From Eledone cirrhosa (taxonomy: Eukaryota), in contig OZ024743.1 of NCBI GenBank assembly GCA_964016885.1, positions 55,304,001 to 55,368,000 of the forward strand: DNA of 64,000 nt, read 5' to 3'. The stretch's first letter is position 1, and each line of letters begins with the position of its first letter. The notes under the pieces were generated by a model. The model saw only the letters and a list, made by a program, of their open reading frames with translations. It made no database searches and was not told the DNA's origin. The translations under genes and the position numbers were made by a program. Shown here piece by piece: positions 13,190 through 25,239 of this stretch.

Positions 13190-14735
13190 CGTCGTTGGTG
13201 GGGATGTTGCTGGTATTGGTGTTGGTGGTGGTGGTGGTAGTGGTGGTGGTATTGGTATTGGTTGTGGTGCTGTTGGTAGTGCTGGTGGTACTGGGTTGTT
13301 GTTGTTGGTGGTGGTGGTGGTGTTGGTTGACTTAGTGTTGGTTGTGGTGGTATTGGTGTTGGTGTTGGTTGTGGGGGTGTTGGTTGAGGTGGCGTTGGTT
13401 GTACTAGTGGCGGTGGTGTTGGTTGTGGAGGTGTTGGTTGAGGTGGCGTTGGTTGTACAAGTAGCGGTGGGGTTGGTTGTACTAGTGGCGGTGGTGTTGG
13501 TTGTGGAGGTGTTGGTTGAGGTGGCGTTGGTTGTACTAGTGGCGGTGGGGTTGGTAGTGGTGGTGTTGGTTGAGGTGGCGTTGGTTGTACAAGTGGCGGT
13601 GGTGTTGGTTGTGGAGGTGTTGGTTGAGGTGGCGTTGGTTGTACTAGTGGCGGTGGGGTTGGTAGTGGTGGTGTTGGTTGAGGTGGCGTTGGTTGTACAA
13701 GTGGCGGTGGTGTTGGTTGTGGAGGTGTTGGTTGAGGTGGCGTTGGTTGTACTAGTGGCGGTGGGGTTGGTAGTGGTGGTGTTGGTTGAGGTGGCGTTGG
13801 TTGTACTAGTGGCGGTGGGGTTGGTAGTGGTGGTGGGGCTGCAGGTAGTGGTGGTGCTGGGGGGGGAGGGGCGTTCTCGTCGGTTGAGATGTGGATCATC
13901 GTGTTCCTGGTGGTAGTTTTGATGGTTGTAATGGTGGTAATTGTGATGATGATGATGATGATGATAAAGATGATGATGATGATGGTAGTACTGATGATTG
14001 TAAAGATGATGATGCTGGTTGTGGTGATGATGCTCGTGGTGGTGGTGGTGGTGGTGGTGGTGATGGTGTTTGTGGTGGTGGTGGTGATGGTTGTGGTGGT
14101 GATAATGATGGTGTTGATGGTTGTGATGTTGTTGATGCTTGTAGTGTTGATTATGGTGATGGAGGTATGGCTGTGGTGGGGATGATGATGATGGAGAGGA
14201 TTGCTTTAATGTTGGTGTTGCTGATGGTGGGAGAGGATGATGATGAATATGATGAAGAAGATGGTTGTAATGGAGGTGATTATAATGGTGGTGCTGACGG
14301 TGATGATGGCGGTGATGTTGATGATGCTTGTAGTGTTTATGTTGATGGAGGTATGGTCGTGGGAGTGATGACAATGGGGGGTTAATGTTGGTGGCGAAGG
14401 TGGTGGCGAAGGTGGTGATGATGGTGGCGAAGATGGTTTTGATGTCGGTGTTGCTGATGGTTGTGATGATGGCGAGGAGGAGGGGGGCTGTTGATGATGG
14501 GGTGGCCATGATGGTAGCGAAGGTGGTGATGGTGGGAGGTGATGATGACGAAGATGGTTTTATGTTGATGTTACTGATGGTGATGATGATGTTGACGAAG
14601 ATGGTTGTAATGGTGGTGATTATGATGGTGGCGCTGATGGTTATGATGGTGGTGATGATTGTGATGAAGGTGGTTGTAATGGTGGTGATTATGAGGGTGG
14701 CGTTGATGTTTATGATGGCGGTGATGATGGTGAGA
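13190..14735. repeat. GGT/GAT trinucleotide-derived low-complexity tract containing a 54-bp minisatellite (13380-13835)
   Basis: Unit ggttgaggtggcgttggttgtactagtggcggtggggttggtagtggtggtgtt, ~8 copies. Confidence 0.9.
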
Positions 14736-14949
14736 AGTGAAGACGGAACCGCCGACTAGGACGGAAACGATAAAGCTTTGTGAAAAGGCAAAGTTATTGC
14801 GCAGCAATTATTTACAAGTGCAATAAATCATAGTTGTCATCCAGATGGGGAGATAATAGCTAGAGAACAGCCATATATGTCGCAGTGTTGCCACTAACTC
14901 TTTACACATTACTTGTATGTTCGTTGGAATCAACAAAACGCCACCATTT

Positions 14950-15740
14950 TACTCACACTCACATACAATCTCTCACTCACTTATTCACTCATTCATTGAC
15001 TCACTCACTCACTCACTCACTCACTCACTCACTCACTCATTCCCTCATTTACTGACTCACTGACTCCCTCACTCACTCATTCACTCATTCACTGACTCAC
15101 TCACTGACTCACTGACTCCCTCACTCACTCATTCATTCATTCACTCAATCATTCACCTATTCACTCACTCATACACTCACTGACTCACTCACTCAATCAC
15201 TCATTCAGTCACTCACTCACTCACACACTCACTCACTCACTGACACAATCACTCATTCAGTCACTCACTCACTCACTCACACACTCACTGACTCACTGAC
15301 TCAATCACTCATCAGTCACTCACTCACTCACACACTTGCTCTCTCTCTCACTCACTCATTCAATCACTCATTCAGTCAGTCACTCACTCACTCACTCACT
15401 CACACACTTGCTCTGTCTCTCATTCACTCATTCAATCACTCATTCAGTCACTCACTCACTCACTCACACACTTGCTCTCTCTCTCACTCACTCATTCACT
15501 CACTCATTCATTCACTCACTCTCTCACTCACTCACTTTCTCACTCACTCTCTCACTCACTCTCTTGCTCACTCGCTCACTTACACACTCACTCACTCACT
15601 CACTCACTCACTCACTCACTCAATCACACACTCACTCACTCACTCACTCATTCCCTCACTCACTCTCCCACTCACACACTCACTCTCCCACTCACACGCT
15701 CACACACTCACTCTCTCACTCATTTATCCACTCACACACC
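14950..15740. repeat. (CACT)n tetranucleotide microsatellite
   Basis: Direct degenerate run. Confidence 0.93.
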
Positions 15741-15831
15741 ATTGCCTGAAATATGAACAACCAACTATGTTGTTTTACGTCAAATTCTATTTATCTACAC
15801 CGATATATAACATGCATGATGTATATGCCTT

Positions 15832-15929
<98 letters not shown>

Positions 15930-16166
15930 TGTGTGCGTGTGTGCGTGTGCGTGTGGGTGTGTGGGTGTGTCTGTGTAAGTCTGTGTTTGATTTAACTGTA
16001 CTCAGCCATTTTACTCTATTCTCTCATTCATTCATACTCGCCGCCATTGCCTGAATACGGACAGCCAACTAACTGTGTATGCACTTACATTTGTGTTAAA
16101 ATGTATGCGTGAGTGTGTGTGTGGGGGGGTATGTGTGCGTGTGTGTGTGTGTGTGCGTGTGTGTTT

Positions 16167-16197
<31 letters not shown>

Positions 16198-16418
16198 CGC
16201 GTGTGTGTGTGCGTGTGTGTGTGTGCGTGTGGGTGTGTGTGGGTGTCTATGTATGTGTGTGTTTGATTTAACTGTACTCAGCCATTTTACTCTATTCTCT
16301 CATTCATTCATACTCGCCGCCATTGCCTGAATATGGACAGCCAACTAACTGTGTATGCACTTACATTTGTGTTAAAATGTATGCGTGTGTGTGCGTGTGT
16401 GTGTGTGTGTGTGTGCGT

Positions 16419-16461
<43 letters not shown>

Positions 16462-16630
16462 TGTGTGTGTGTGTCTATGTATGTGTGTGTTTGATTTAAC
16501 TGTACTCAGCCATTTTACTCTATTCTCTCATTCATTCATACTCGCCGCCATTGCCTGAATATGGACAGCCAACTAACTGTGTATGCACTTACATTTGTAT
16601 TAAAATGTATACGCGCGCGCGCGCGCGTGT

Positions 16631-16723
<93 letters not shown>

Positions 16724-16760
16724 TGCGTCTGTATGTGTCTGTGTGGGCCTGATTCAACTC
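15740..16760. repeat. Tandem array: ~120-bp constant block + variable (GT)n, ~4 units
   Basis: gtttgatttaactgtactcagcc...ccattgcctgaatatggacagcc...ttaaaatgtat repeated at ~15985, 16261 and 16489. Confidence 0.9.
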
Positions 16761-16901
16761 AAACCATTTACGATATGATATTGCTCTCAATTACATTCTC
16801 TCCATGGTTTGAAATGTGAACAGCCACCTGATAATGACGCTCTAGGTGGGTATTCTCAGCTCTCGTATAATCAAATCCTCTCTCTCTTATTAATTTTGCA
16901 C

Positions 16902-16979
<78 letters not shown>

Positions 16980-16982
<3 letters not shown>

Positions 16983-17152
16983 ACGAAGGAAATGTGGTAA
17001 GGAACCAGGTGGACCATAACGCACCAAAGTACTCAATACTTAGGGTAGTAGAGTGGGTAATAGGAACCAGTAAGACCCCGACGGCTGAGCTCAAGCCGTT
17101 TCCACGGTCGAAACGGCTTGAGCTCAGCCGTCGGGGTCTTACTGGTTCCTAT
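16980..17152 (-). mobile_element. Short PLE-type element with 43-bp-arm fold-back, in (TA)n
   Basis: Perfect IR 17060-17102/17110-17152; homologous to 21501-21686. Confidence 0.65.
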
Positions 17153-17640
17153 ATATATATATATATTTAATACAATAACAGAGATAGCTTTACGCTAAAC
17201 TCTGACTGGTAACCATCTCACTCTACAAACATTAGGTTATATGTTAGTATAACCCAATTTAAGTGTTTGGGGTGCTAACTATATGTATTTTGTGGAAAGC
17301 CAGTTGTATTATTTTATGAGATATAATTAAAGTTAAAATATATCTCTCTTTCAAAACAATTGTTTCATTATAAGTTTTCTACAAATTGGGAGAATATTTC
17401 CAGTTTATGTAGAAGCCTATCATATATTCATGTAAGAATATATTTAGGTGGGCACTTATAAATCTTCAGTGGAAGCCCATTAAACTTTGATATGAGAAAA
17501 AATTCTTACCGCAGTTAAAAATCGTGTCTGCTAAGCTGCTCCTTCACGCATCGAATGACCGCCAAATTTGAAATTCCAGCAGTCTTTTGACTGAGGAAGT
17601 TTCATAGCGTCACGAAGCGGGAAAGGGAGACAACCACGAT

Positions 17641-17726
<86 letters not shown>

Positions 17727-17728
<2 letters not shown>

Positions 17729-19114
17729 TGTTATACTTGGGGAGGGTCATATTTGTGTAATATTGCCAGAATTAATAACAGAACACACTCACTGTTTGGT
17801 TGGTTTTCGCTTTTCGCTTCTGTATCTTTTATATCGGTTAATCTAATTTATTCGGTCCTCAATGTTGCCACTGACTGACCAACGGTCAAAAATACAGATA
17901 CAATATAGACACAAACACATATATATAGTCTATCAAAGTTCTTTCGTTGCACATCTGCAACATCGTCAGTGGTGCTATGTTTCCTCCCGTTGCATTGTAT
18001 GTCTACGCCATCTTTATATAATCTGTTTATATATTTATTTATTTGTTTATTTTTTGTCTTCTTTGCGCATGCGTTTGCGTGTGTGTATAGTGTTTTGTTT
18101 GATGTGTGTTCGTGTTTGGGTGACTGTGTATTGGTTAATGTATTCTATCTTTACTAGTGTGTGTTTATATGTGTTTGTTGTTGTTGTGCTTCTGTATGTA
18201 TTTATTTATTTATCTATTTATTTATTTATTCATACTTTTCTTAGGTCAGTGTTGTTTGTTTGGGTATTGTTGTTATTCCATTCATTCTTTCTGTTTAGCC
18301 TTGGTCTTCTAAGTTCTATTTCACTGGCCTCTCTGATTTGCCTATCTGCTGGGTCATTTCTATGTTTAGATATTATTCTAATTTATATGTTGTCTATGTT
18401 ACCGTCGTGTTGTCTGGCATGTTCGTATAGTACTGAACCGTTTTTTCGTCCTTTTAGTTGCCCCCAGTGTTGGTCTATCCTTTCACCTATGCTACGAGCT
18501 GTCTCGCCTATGTATGTTGTTGTCATGTTTCTGCAAGTACCCTCTGTACATCTTATACCATAGACTACGTTTCTAGTTTTACAGTTTATCCGGGGGGGGG
18601 TTTACTTTACATATGATACATTTCCTATTAGTACAGTGGGTTTTCTTAAAAGGGTAGGTTTTGCTGGTTAGCTAATTTCCCTCCAGGGGTAGCGTCCACA
18701 AACATGACACTCTGGTATCTCTGGTTGTCGTACCATGAGGTGGCTTTCCCTATCTTATGTCTAGCCCTATCTAAGCTATTCCATGATTTTCTCCTGTATA
18801 ATGGGCAAATTCCTTGAAAATACTTCTCCGTGGCCCCTTCGTATACTCTGAACTGCATGCGGTTGATGAAGTGTTGGAAGTGTCTTTCCATTTCTGTTGG
18901 GTCGCACATGCGGGACACGTTCTTCATCTAGTCTGCGATCAGAATATTAAACTTAGCACTACTGGACATTGCTGAGTTTTTGAGTATCAGTTATTTGGAG
19001 GCCATGGGTTTAGCATAGAGTGAGTGGAGAATTTGAGCTCTCTCGTCTATAGTGTTAATCCAGAGTTCCGTCTCTAATACAGGTAGTCTATTGTTAGGGT
19101 GTTTGGAAGGGTAG

Positions 19115-19118
<4 letters not shown>
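17727..19118 (-). mobile_element. 5'-truncated Penelope-like element (RT thumb, linker, GIY-YIG, pseudo-LTR)
   Basis: DYPSKHPNNRLPVLETELW, YAKPMASK, SVMFVDATPGGKLA; GIY-YIG region homologous to the YIGETARS...DPADRQIREA...LNRK copy at 48214-48531. Confidence 0.88.
17931..17974 (-). ncRNA. Minimal hammerhead ribozyme motif
   Basis: CUGACGA-u-GUUGCA-gaug-UGCAAC-GAAA-gaac-UU; stem I weak. Confidence 0.65.
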
Positions 19119-19157
<39 letters not shown>

Positions 19158-19354
19158 CGTTTCTGAATTTGTTTAGCAAGATTCTTTATCTGAAATCGTG
19201 TGTTGAAACCGATATTGTTATACTTTGGGAGGGTCATGTTGCCAATAAGAAACACACGCACCAGTTGCTTTCACTTCAATTTAATTTATTATATATTTAT
19301 AAATTTCTGGTTGGTTGGTTGGTTCCACAACCAGATAGTTGTTTATATATATAT

Positions 19355-19399
19355 AGTCATAGTTCTTTCGTCACACACTCTGTGACCTCTTCAGTGACT
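19355..19399 (-). ncRNA. Minimal type-I hammerhead ribozyme (mirror copy)
   Basis: Reverse complement of 19519-19563. Confidence 0.8.
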
Positions 19400-19518
19400 G
19401 GGGATTTCTTTCTTCGTTTCTGTGCCTTTCCTTTCTTCTATCCTACGCCATTTTGTCACAAACAAAATGGCGTAGGATAGAAGAAAGGAAAGGCACAGAA
19501 ACGAAGAAAGAAATCCCC

Positions 19519-19563
19519 AGTCACTGAAGAGGTCACAGAGTGTGTGACGAAAGAACTATGACT
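19519..19563 (+). ncRNA. Minimal type-I hammerhead ribozyme
   Basis: AGUCA-CUGAAGA-g-GUCACA-gagug-UGUGAC-GAAA-g-aa-c-UA-UGACU: intact core, perfect stems I and II, 2-bp stem III. Confidence 0.82.
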
Positions 19564-19698
19564 ATATATATATAAACAACTATCTGGTTGTGGAACCAAC
19601 CAACCAACCAGAAATTTATAAATATATAATAAATTAAATTGAAGTGAAAGCAACTGGTGCGTGTGTTTCTTATTGGCAACATGACCCTCCCAAAGTAT

Positions 19699-19814
<116 letters not shown>

Positions 19815-19815
19815 T

Positions 19816-20387
19816 TATTAAAATAACAGATTAAAGTTTAAGCAAAGAATCGCTGCTTTCACCCTTAACGGGATCTTCTGAAACTAACAAAGTCAATCTG
19901 TGAACGCAGAAGTGAATATTTCAAAAAACGTTGCAACCGGAGGAAGACACGAAGACGAAACTTTGGTTCGTGGAAACGTTCCCTGGTAAAGAACGGGAAA
20001 AAACGAATATAATACGTCATTATTTGGAGCAGTAAAAACAATTACGCGCAATGACAAAACCACGTTTATGGTATAAAAGAAGTCGTAGACTAATATTCTA
20101 TTAGGTGGTTCATAGAGACGTTCTCTGGCGATGAAGGGAAAAAACGAAGATAATACGTCATATGTGGAGCGGGGAGAACAATTGCACGCAAAGACAAACC
20201 ACCTAAAGGGTATAACTGAAGTCGTAGACTAAAATTCTAACTAGGAAACCGAATGATTCTCGGCTTCAAAGTTAAGAATAAAGTAAATAAAATACAGATG
20301 TTATTGAAATTAAATAAATACATACCTGCATCCATATACGTACATACACAAGCATACGCGAAAACACTTGCTTTAATCTGTTATTTT

Positions 20388-20391
<4 letters not shown>
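19816..20391. mobile_element. Non-autonomous element with 21-bp inverted termini in (TA)n
   Basis: tattaaaataacagattaaag / ctttaatctgttattttaata; internal ~140-bp duplication; termini recur at 43441 and 43617. Confidence 0.7.
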
Positions 20392-20459
<68 letters not shown>

Positions 20460-20486
20460 AGTTCCACAACAGTCAGTTCACCATTA

Positions 20487-20527
20487 CCCAGAACAATTGT
20501 TTCATCTTATTCGGATCATCAGCTTGG
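20487..20527 (-). ncRNA. Minimal hammerhead-like motif
   Basis: ccaag-CUGAUGA-uc-cgaauaa-ga-u-GAAA-caauug-UU-cuggg; palindromic stem III (acaattgt). Confidence 0.55.
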
Positions 20528-20883
20528 TCATGGACTGAGTGCTCTACTACTACGGAATAGTAGTAGAGCATTCTACAACTGATTAAACTGGAGCAACGTT
20601 TAGAGAAAGAGAATCAAGCTCATTGCAAGCCCAATGCTCTCTCCACCAACCCATGTGCCTATATATATAATCAGGAGGTTGTGAGTTCGATTCTCTTTCT
20701 CTAAACGTTGCTTCAGTTTACTCAGTTGTAGAAATAAGTTACTACGTCACTGGTGCCAAGCATCGGCCATTGCCTTTCCCTTGGACTAGTGCCTCGGAGG
20801 GGAACTTTCTGGGTACAAATCCCATTGTCATTCGTGACCGAAGAGGATATTTATCCTTTACTCTTTATACAAGGAGTCCTTTA

Positions 20884-20919
<36 letters not shown>

Positions 20920-21458
20920 CTTTGAAAACTTTGATAGGTATCGGCCAGTATTGGCCCAGGCCATGTCTACCTTGATAGTGATAAAATAATTTTTTCAATT
21001 ATTTATACTTTTCATTACATAACGACTGCGTAAGATTTGAACACACATCACATTAGTAGTTGTGTTTGTTGTAATTCAACAATGAGGTCTCCAGTTGATA
21101 AGTTAGCTTCAACACTAATTTGCTGTAAAAATGTTCCTTCTTTCATGTGTCAATGTTTAATTAGAAATTTCTTAGCTGAATTCTGGTAAGAGGATACAAC
21201 TGGGTTAATTATTTCTGACTGTGGCTCACTCGACTGAATCAAGTATACGATAGGATATGACATGATATACACGCATACTCACACATACATACATGTACAT
21301 ACATACATACATACATACATACATACATACATACATACATACATACATACATACATACATGCATGCATGCATTCGTACATACATACCTACAATACATACA
21401 TACATTCATATGTATCTATATATATATATATATATGCATATATATATATATATATATA

Positions 21459-21500
<42 letters not shown>

Positions 21501-21503
<3 letters not shown>

Positions 21504-21683
21504 AAGTATGACCCCGACGGCAGAGCTCAAGCCGTTTCGACGGCTATTTCTGGAAATAGCCGTCGAAACGGCTTGAGCTCTGCCGTCGGGGTCATACTTT
21601 TTCCTATTACCCACTCTACTACCCTAAGTATTGAGTACTCTGGGGCGTTATGGTCCATCTGGTTCCTTACCACATCTCCTTCG

Positions 21684-21686
<3 letters not shown>
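21501..21686 (+). mobile_element. Short PLE-type element with 50-bp-arm fold-back, in (TA)n
   Basis: Perfect IR 21501-21550/21553-21602; body homologous to 16980-17102. Confidence 0.65.
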
Positions 21687-21722
<36 letters not shown>

Positions 21723-21894
21723 TATGCATACATGCACATACGTCTTATATAAATATACATAGACATGTGGCAGGGAGGACCACAGAGCAGGGCAGTAGCC
21801 GATGTATATTTATGTACAGAGTTGGTATTGTTAGTCGGTAAAATCTTACCAATGAGGGCCCTTCATCGGGATATTAAATAATATATATATGTGA

Positions 21895-21953
<59 letters not shown>

Positions 21954-22032
21954 CAAGAACAATAACAGTACCAGAGAACAACACTGTGCAGTAATGGCAC
22001 ATTAGTATAACACATAAAATGTTACAATAGGG

Positions 22033-22068
22033 TTTTGACGTTTCCGACGTTAGTCTTTCCTCAGAAGA
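22033..22068 (-). ncRNA. Minimal hammerhead-like motif
   Basis: uu-CUGAGGA-aa-gac-uaac-guc-g-GAAACGUC-aa, similar to PLE-associated minimal hammerheads. Confidence 0.55.
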
Positions 22069-22225
22069 TGCAGAGAGAAGAGAGGATGCTTGGGATTATG
22101 AAGTAAATGGAAGAAAGACAATGCAAAATAGGGGACGGGGGAATAATATATATACATGTGTGTGCGTGTTTGTGTGTGTGCGTGTGCGCGTGTGTGTGTG
22201 CGTGTATGTGTATGTGCGTATGCTG

Positions 22226-23790
22226 GTTTCAAAAAAGCTTCAAGCTCAGGCATCGCTTGATATGTGACATTTTTTTGCGATGCATGGTATTGCTGGCCAT
22301 AAGCAAGTCCCTAACAGGACTAAAAAGCCACGTATGTGATGCTCATGCTTAAGTATCAAACTATCTGTGGAAATCCCATTTGACAACGGGGTAAAGCAAG
22401 GTGATATTCCTGCTCCTACACTTTTCTCCTTCTTCTTTGCTGCCTTGCTCACACATACTTTCCAAGATGGTGACAGAGGCATTGTTTTACGGTTCAGAAC
22501 TAGCAGAAAGGTTTTGAACTTAAGAAGGTTTAATGCCAAGACAAAAAACTTTTCAAGCTCTGATCGGAGACCTTCTTTACGCCGGCGACGCTGATTTTCT
22601 AGCACACACAGAAGCTGACATGCAACACATTATGGACCGTTTCTCATCCTCGTATACAACATTTGGGCTTACAATCAGCCTTAAAAAGACCAAAATAATG
22701 TTTACCTCTGCTCCTGGAGAACAATATACTGAACCCAATATCATGGTTGATGGAACCAGGCTGGGAGTAGTAGATACATTTGTATACTTGGGTAGCACAC
22801 TCTCAAATGATGGCTCCTTGGATGCTTGAATACATCTGCGCGTCCAGAAGGCCTCTGTTGCTTGAAACCAGGACGCTATTCCGCAAACACACCAAATTGC
22901 TTCAGCGTTTTCAGCAGATATGTTTAAGGCGCATATTCAACATCAAGTGGCAAGACAGAACTCCTGACATACATGTTCTTATCAAAGCAGAATGTCCAAG
23001 CGTTCAGTCACAAGTAACATCTCAAATGCGCTGGACAGAATATATCGTCCGCATGAAAGAAAGCAAGATTCTGAAGCAACTGTTTTAAGGTAAGCTCCAT
23101 TTTGGAAAAAGACCTCAACACAAACCGAAAAATGAGGTTCAGGGACAGCATCAAGAACAATCTCAAAGAGCTGGCATTTGATATAGACAACTGGGAGGAG
23201 ATAGCTCTAAATAGGGCTGGGTGGAGAAAGCGCATAGAGGGCAGTTGCAAAACTTTTGAGGAATGTCGTCTAGGACATAAACAACTGAAGCGTCAGCTCT
23301 GGAAGGGCTGTGCTTACAGTCTTAATGAAGTCATCAGTAGTTGGACATGCAATTTCTTGTCAGCGTGTACACCTCTCTTAGTCACCTGAAGTCACATGAA
23401 AGGATAACCACCTGCAACACCACTCAACAAAGACCTGGCGAAACAACGTGCGTGATATGCAACAAAGTGTGTAGAAATAGTTCCGGACTAGAAAGACACA
23501 TGGTGGTACATAAAGATTGTGTCCCATAGGTGACACCACCGGTCCTGTGGAAAGGACAACTCTCTTCTATCAACGGTGTCGTAAACTATGCAGATCTCCA
23601 GCTGGCCTACAAAGTCATCTACGAAGTCATGGATACGGATGGGATGATAACGAAGAATCAATAAGAGACGGCAATCGTTTGTGAAGACGCTCTAATCCTG
23701 ATGTATGTATGTATGTATGTATGTGTGTATGTATGTATGTATGTATGTATGTATGTATGTATGTATGTATGTATGTATGTATGTATGTCA
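22226..23790 (+). mobile_element. BovB-like RTE LINE, 5'-truncated and degenerate, with C-terminal zinc fingers and (ATGT)n tail
   Basis: GVKQGDIPAPTLFS, DLLYAGDAD, FVYLGSTLS; CVICNKVCRNSSGLERHMVVH; tail 23701-23787. Confidence 0.88.
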
Positions 23791-24672
23791 GGTCACCAGT
23801 TGGTGCTACTGGTAACATGTATCCCAGTACAACCTGTCTCATGGTCGGGTCGTTGGCGACTAAACTGGCAACCCCACCAAGGTTTCTTGGTGAGGAGGGT
23901 GACTTTGGACATCCTGCAGGACTAAAAACAAAACCTGTCAAAGGGCAAAGGAGCTCTTAAGAGTCAATGGCCATCCAAAATCACCGGGAGAGATTACCCC
24001 TTAGCCTTTGTCAAGGCAGAATTCTAGGAGAAGGAAAACTCTGATATAACACCTGAAACCCTGATGGTATCCAATGATGTTGACTTGTTCTTTTTGGTAA
24101 ATATCATCTTGGTTAAGAGAGTGGGACTGGCTTTGTGCAGTGCCTTTGCTCACTATAAAAGCTTCACGGCACAAGCATTGCTTTATATCTGGAGATCTCT
24201 CTTCACTTGTCGTCACATGGTACAATGGGCCCAGCACTATGTGTCAATAATTGTCACAAGTGTAATGTCTGTACCAGAGTTTTCAAGTCGCTGGCTGCAC
24301 TAAAAAGTCACACTTGTTCAGCGCATCGGTAGGGGTTCTCCTACATGGATATAAAGTATTGGCCGTACTCGAAAACGAGTTGGCAGCCACCATGTATGTA
24401 TGTCAGGTCGCTCTCAAGTGGTACTGGTAACATATAACCCAGTACAACCTATCTCATGGTCGGGTCGTCGGCGACTAAACCGGCAACCCCACCAAGATTG
24501 CTTGGTGAGAAAGGGTGATATTTGGACACCCTGCAGGATGAAATATAAGACCCGGAAAAGGGCGGAGGAACTCAACAGAGTCAACGGCCATCCAAATAGT
24601 ACTTTTTTTCCACCTGGAAGTGAAAGACCCCCAGTTGTTGTCACAAGACCTTTCTAGGAGAGGGAAACTCTG
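23787..24672 (+). mobile_element. Two head-to-tail non-autonomous RTE-related units
   Basis: 23787-24000 is homologous to 24401-24670; unit 1 ends with a zinc-finger remnant (CNVCTRVFKSLAALKSH) and a catgtatgtatg tail. Confidence 0.6.
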
Positions 24673-25239
24673 AAAGAAAAACAAATGCGGTTTCGGAAGC
24701 ATCCGATGATGTTGATAAGTTCTCCTTTTCAGTTCGTGTTTTCGATGCTCAGAGAGTGGGATTGGTCGAGTGTAATCTTTAAAAAGCCTTCAAAGCACAG
24801 GCATTGCTTGTTCAGGATTTGTTTCAGGTTCACGTCGCTGGCCGTAGCCTCAAGGTCCGCCATTTTCCGTTATCTGACAAGCGATTGCAATACTTTTAGC
24901 AGAGTTTGCAGTCATCGTGTATGTTTGTATGTATAGGTGTGTTGCGGTGTGTGCTTGTATATAAACATATAAGTGTTTGAATGTACTGCCAAGAGAAAAA
25001 GATAGTCTACACACACAAATATATGTGTGTGTGTGTATACACACACTGAAAAAGCACTGAGTGCTTTTAACAGTATAAAAACACTATAAAACCCACTCAC
25101 ATTTCTATTCTTTATTCTTGCACATTTAAAACTTATATTTGGCTGGTATGTGACGTGATCTGAGACTGTGCGTTGAAGTGTCATTTTGGCTATTTAAAAA
25201 ACACGAAACTGTAGAACTGTGTCTGTACATTCGGTGTCC

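Noticed and set aside
12821-14509. 562-aa His/Thr-rich ORF
   Set aside because: Spans trinucleotide-derived repeats and (TC)n; open in several frames on both strands, as expected for low-complexity DNA.
15740-16760. CRISPR-like repeat/spacer pattern
   Set aside because: Repeats are ~120 bp, spacers are microsatellites, context is eukaryotic and there are no cas genes.
24729-24863. GRK2-like N-terminus (MADLEA...DV)
   Set aside because: Similarity ends after ~11 residues; no symbol assigned.
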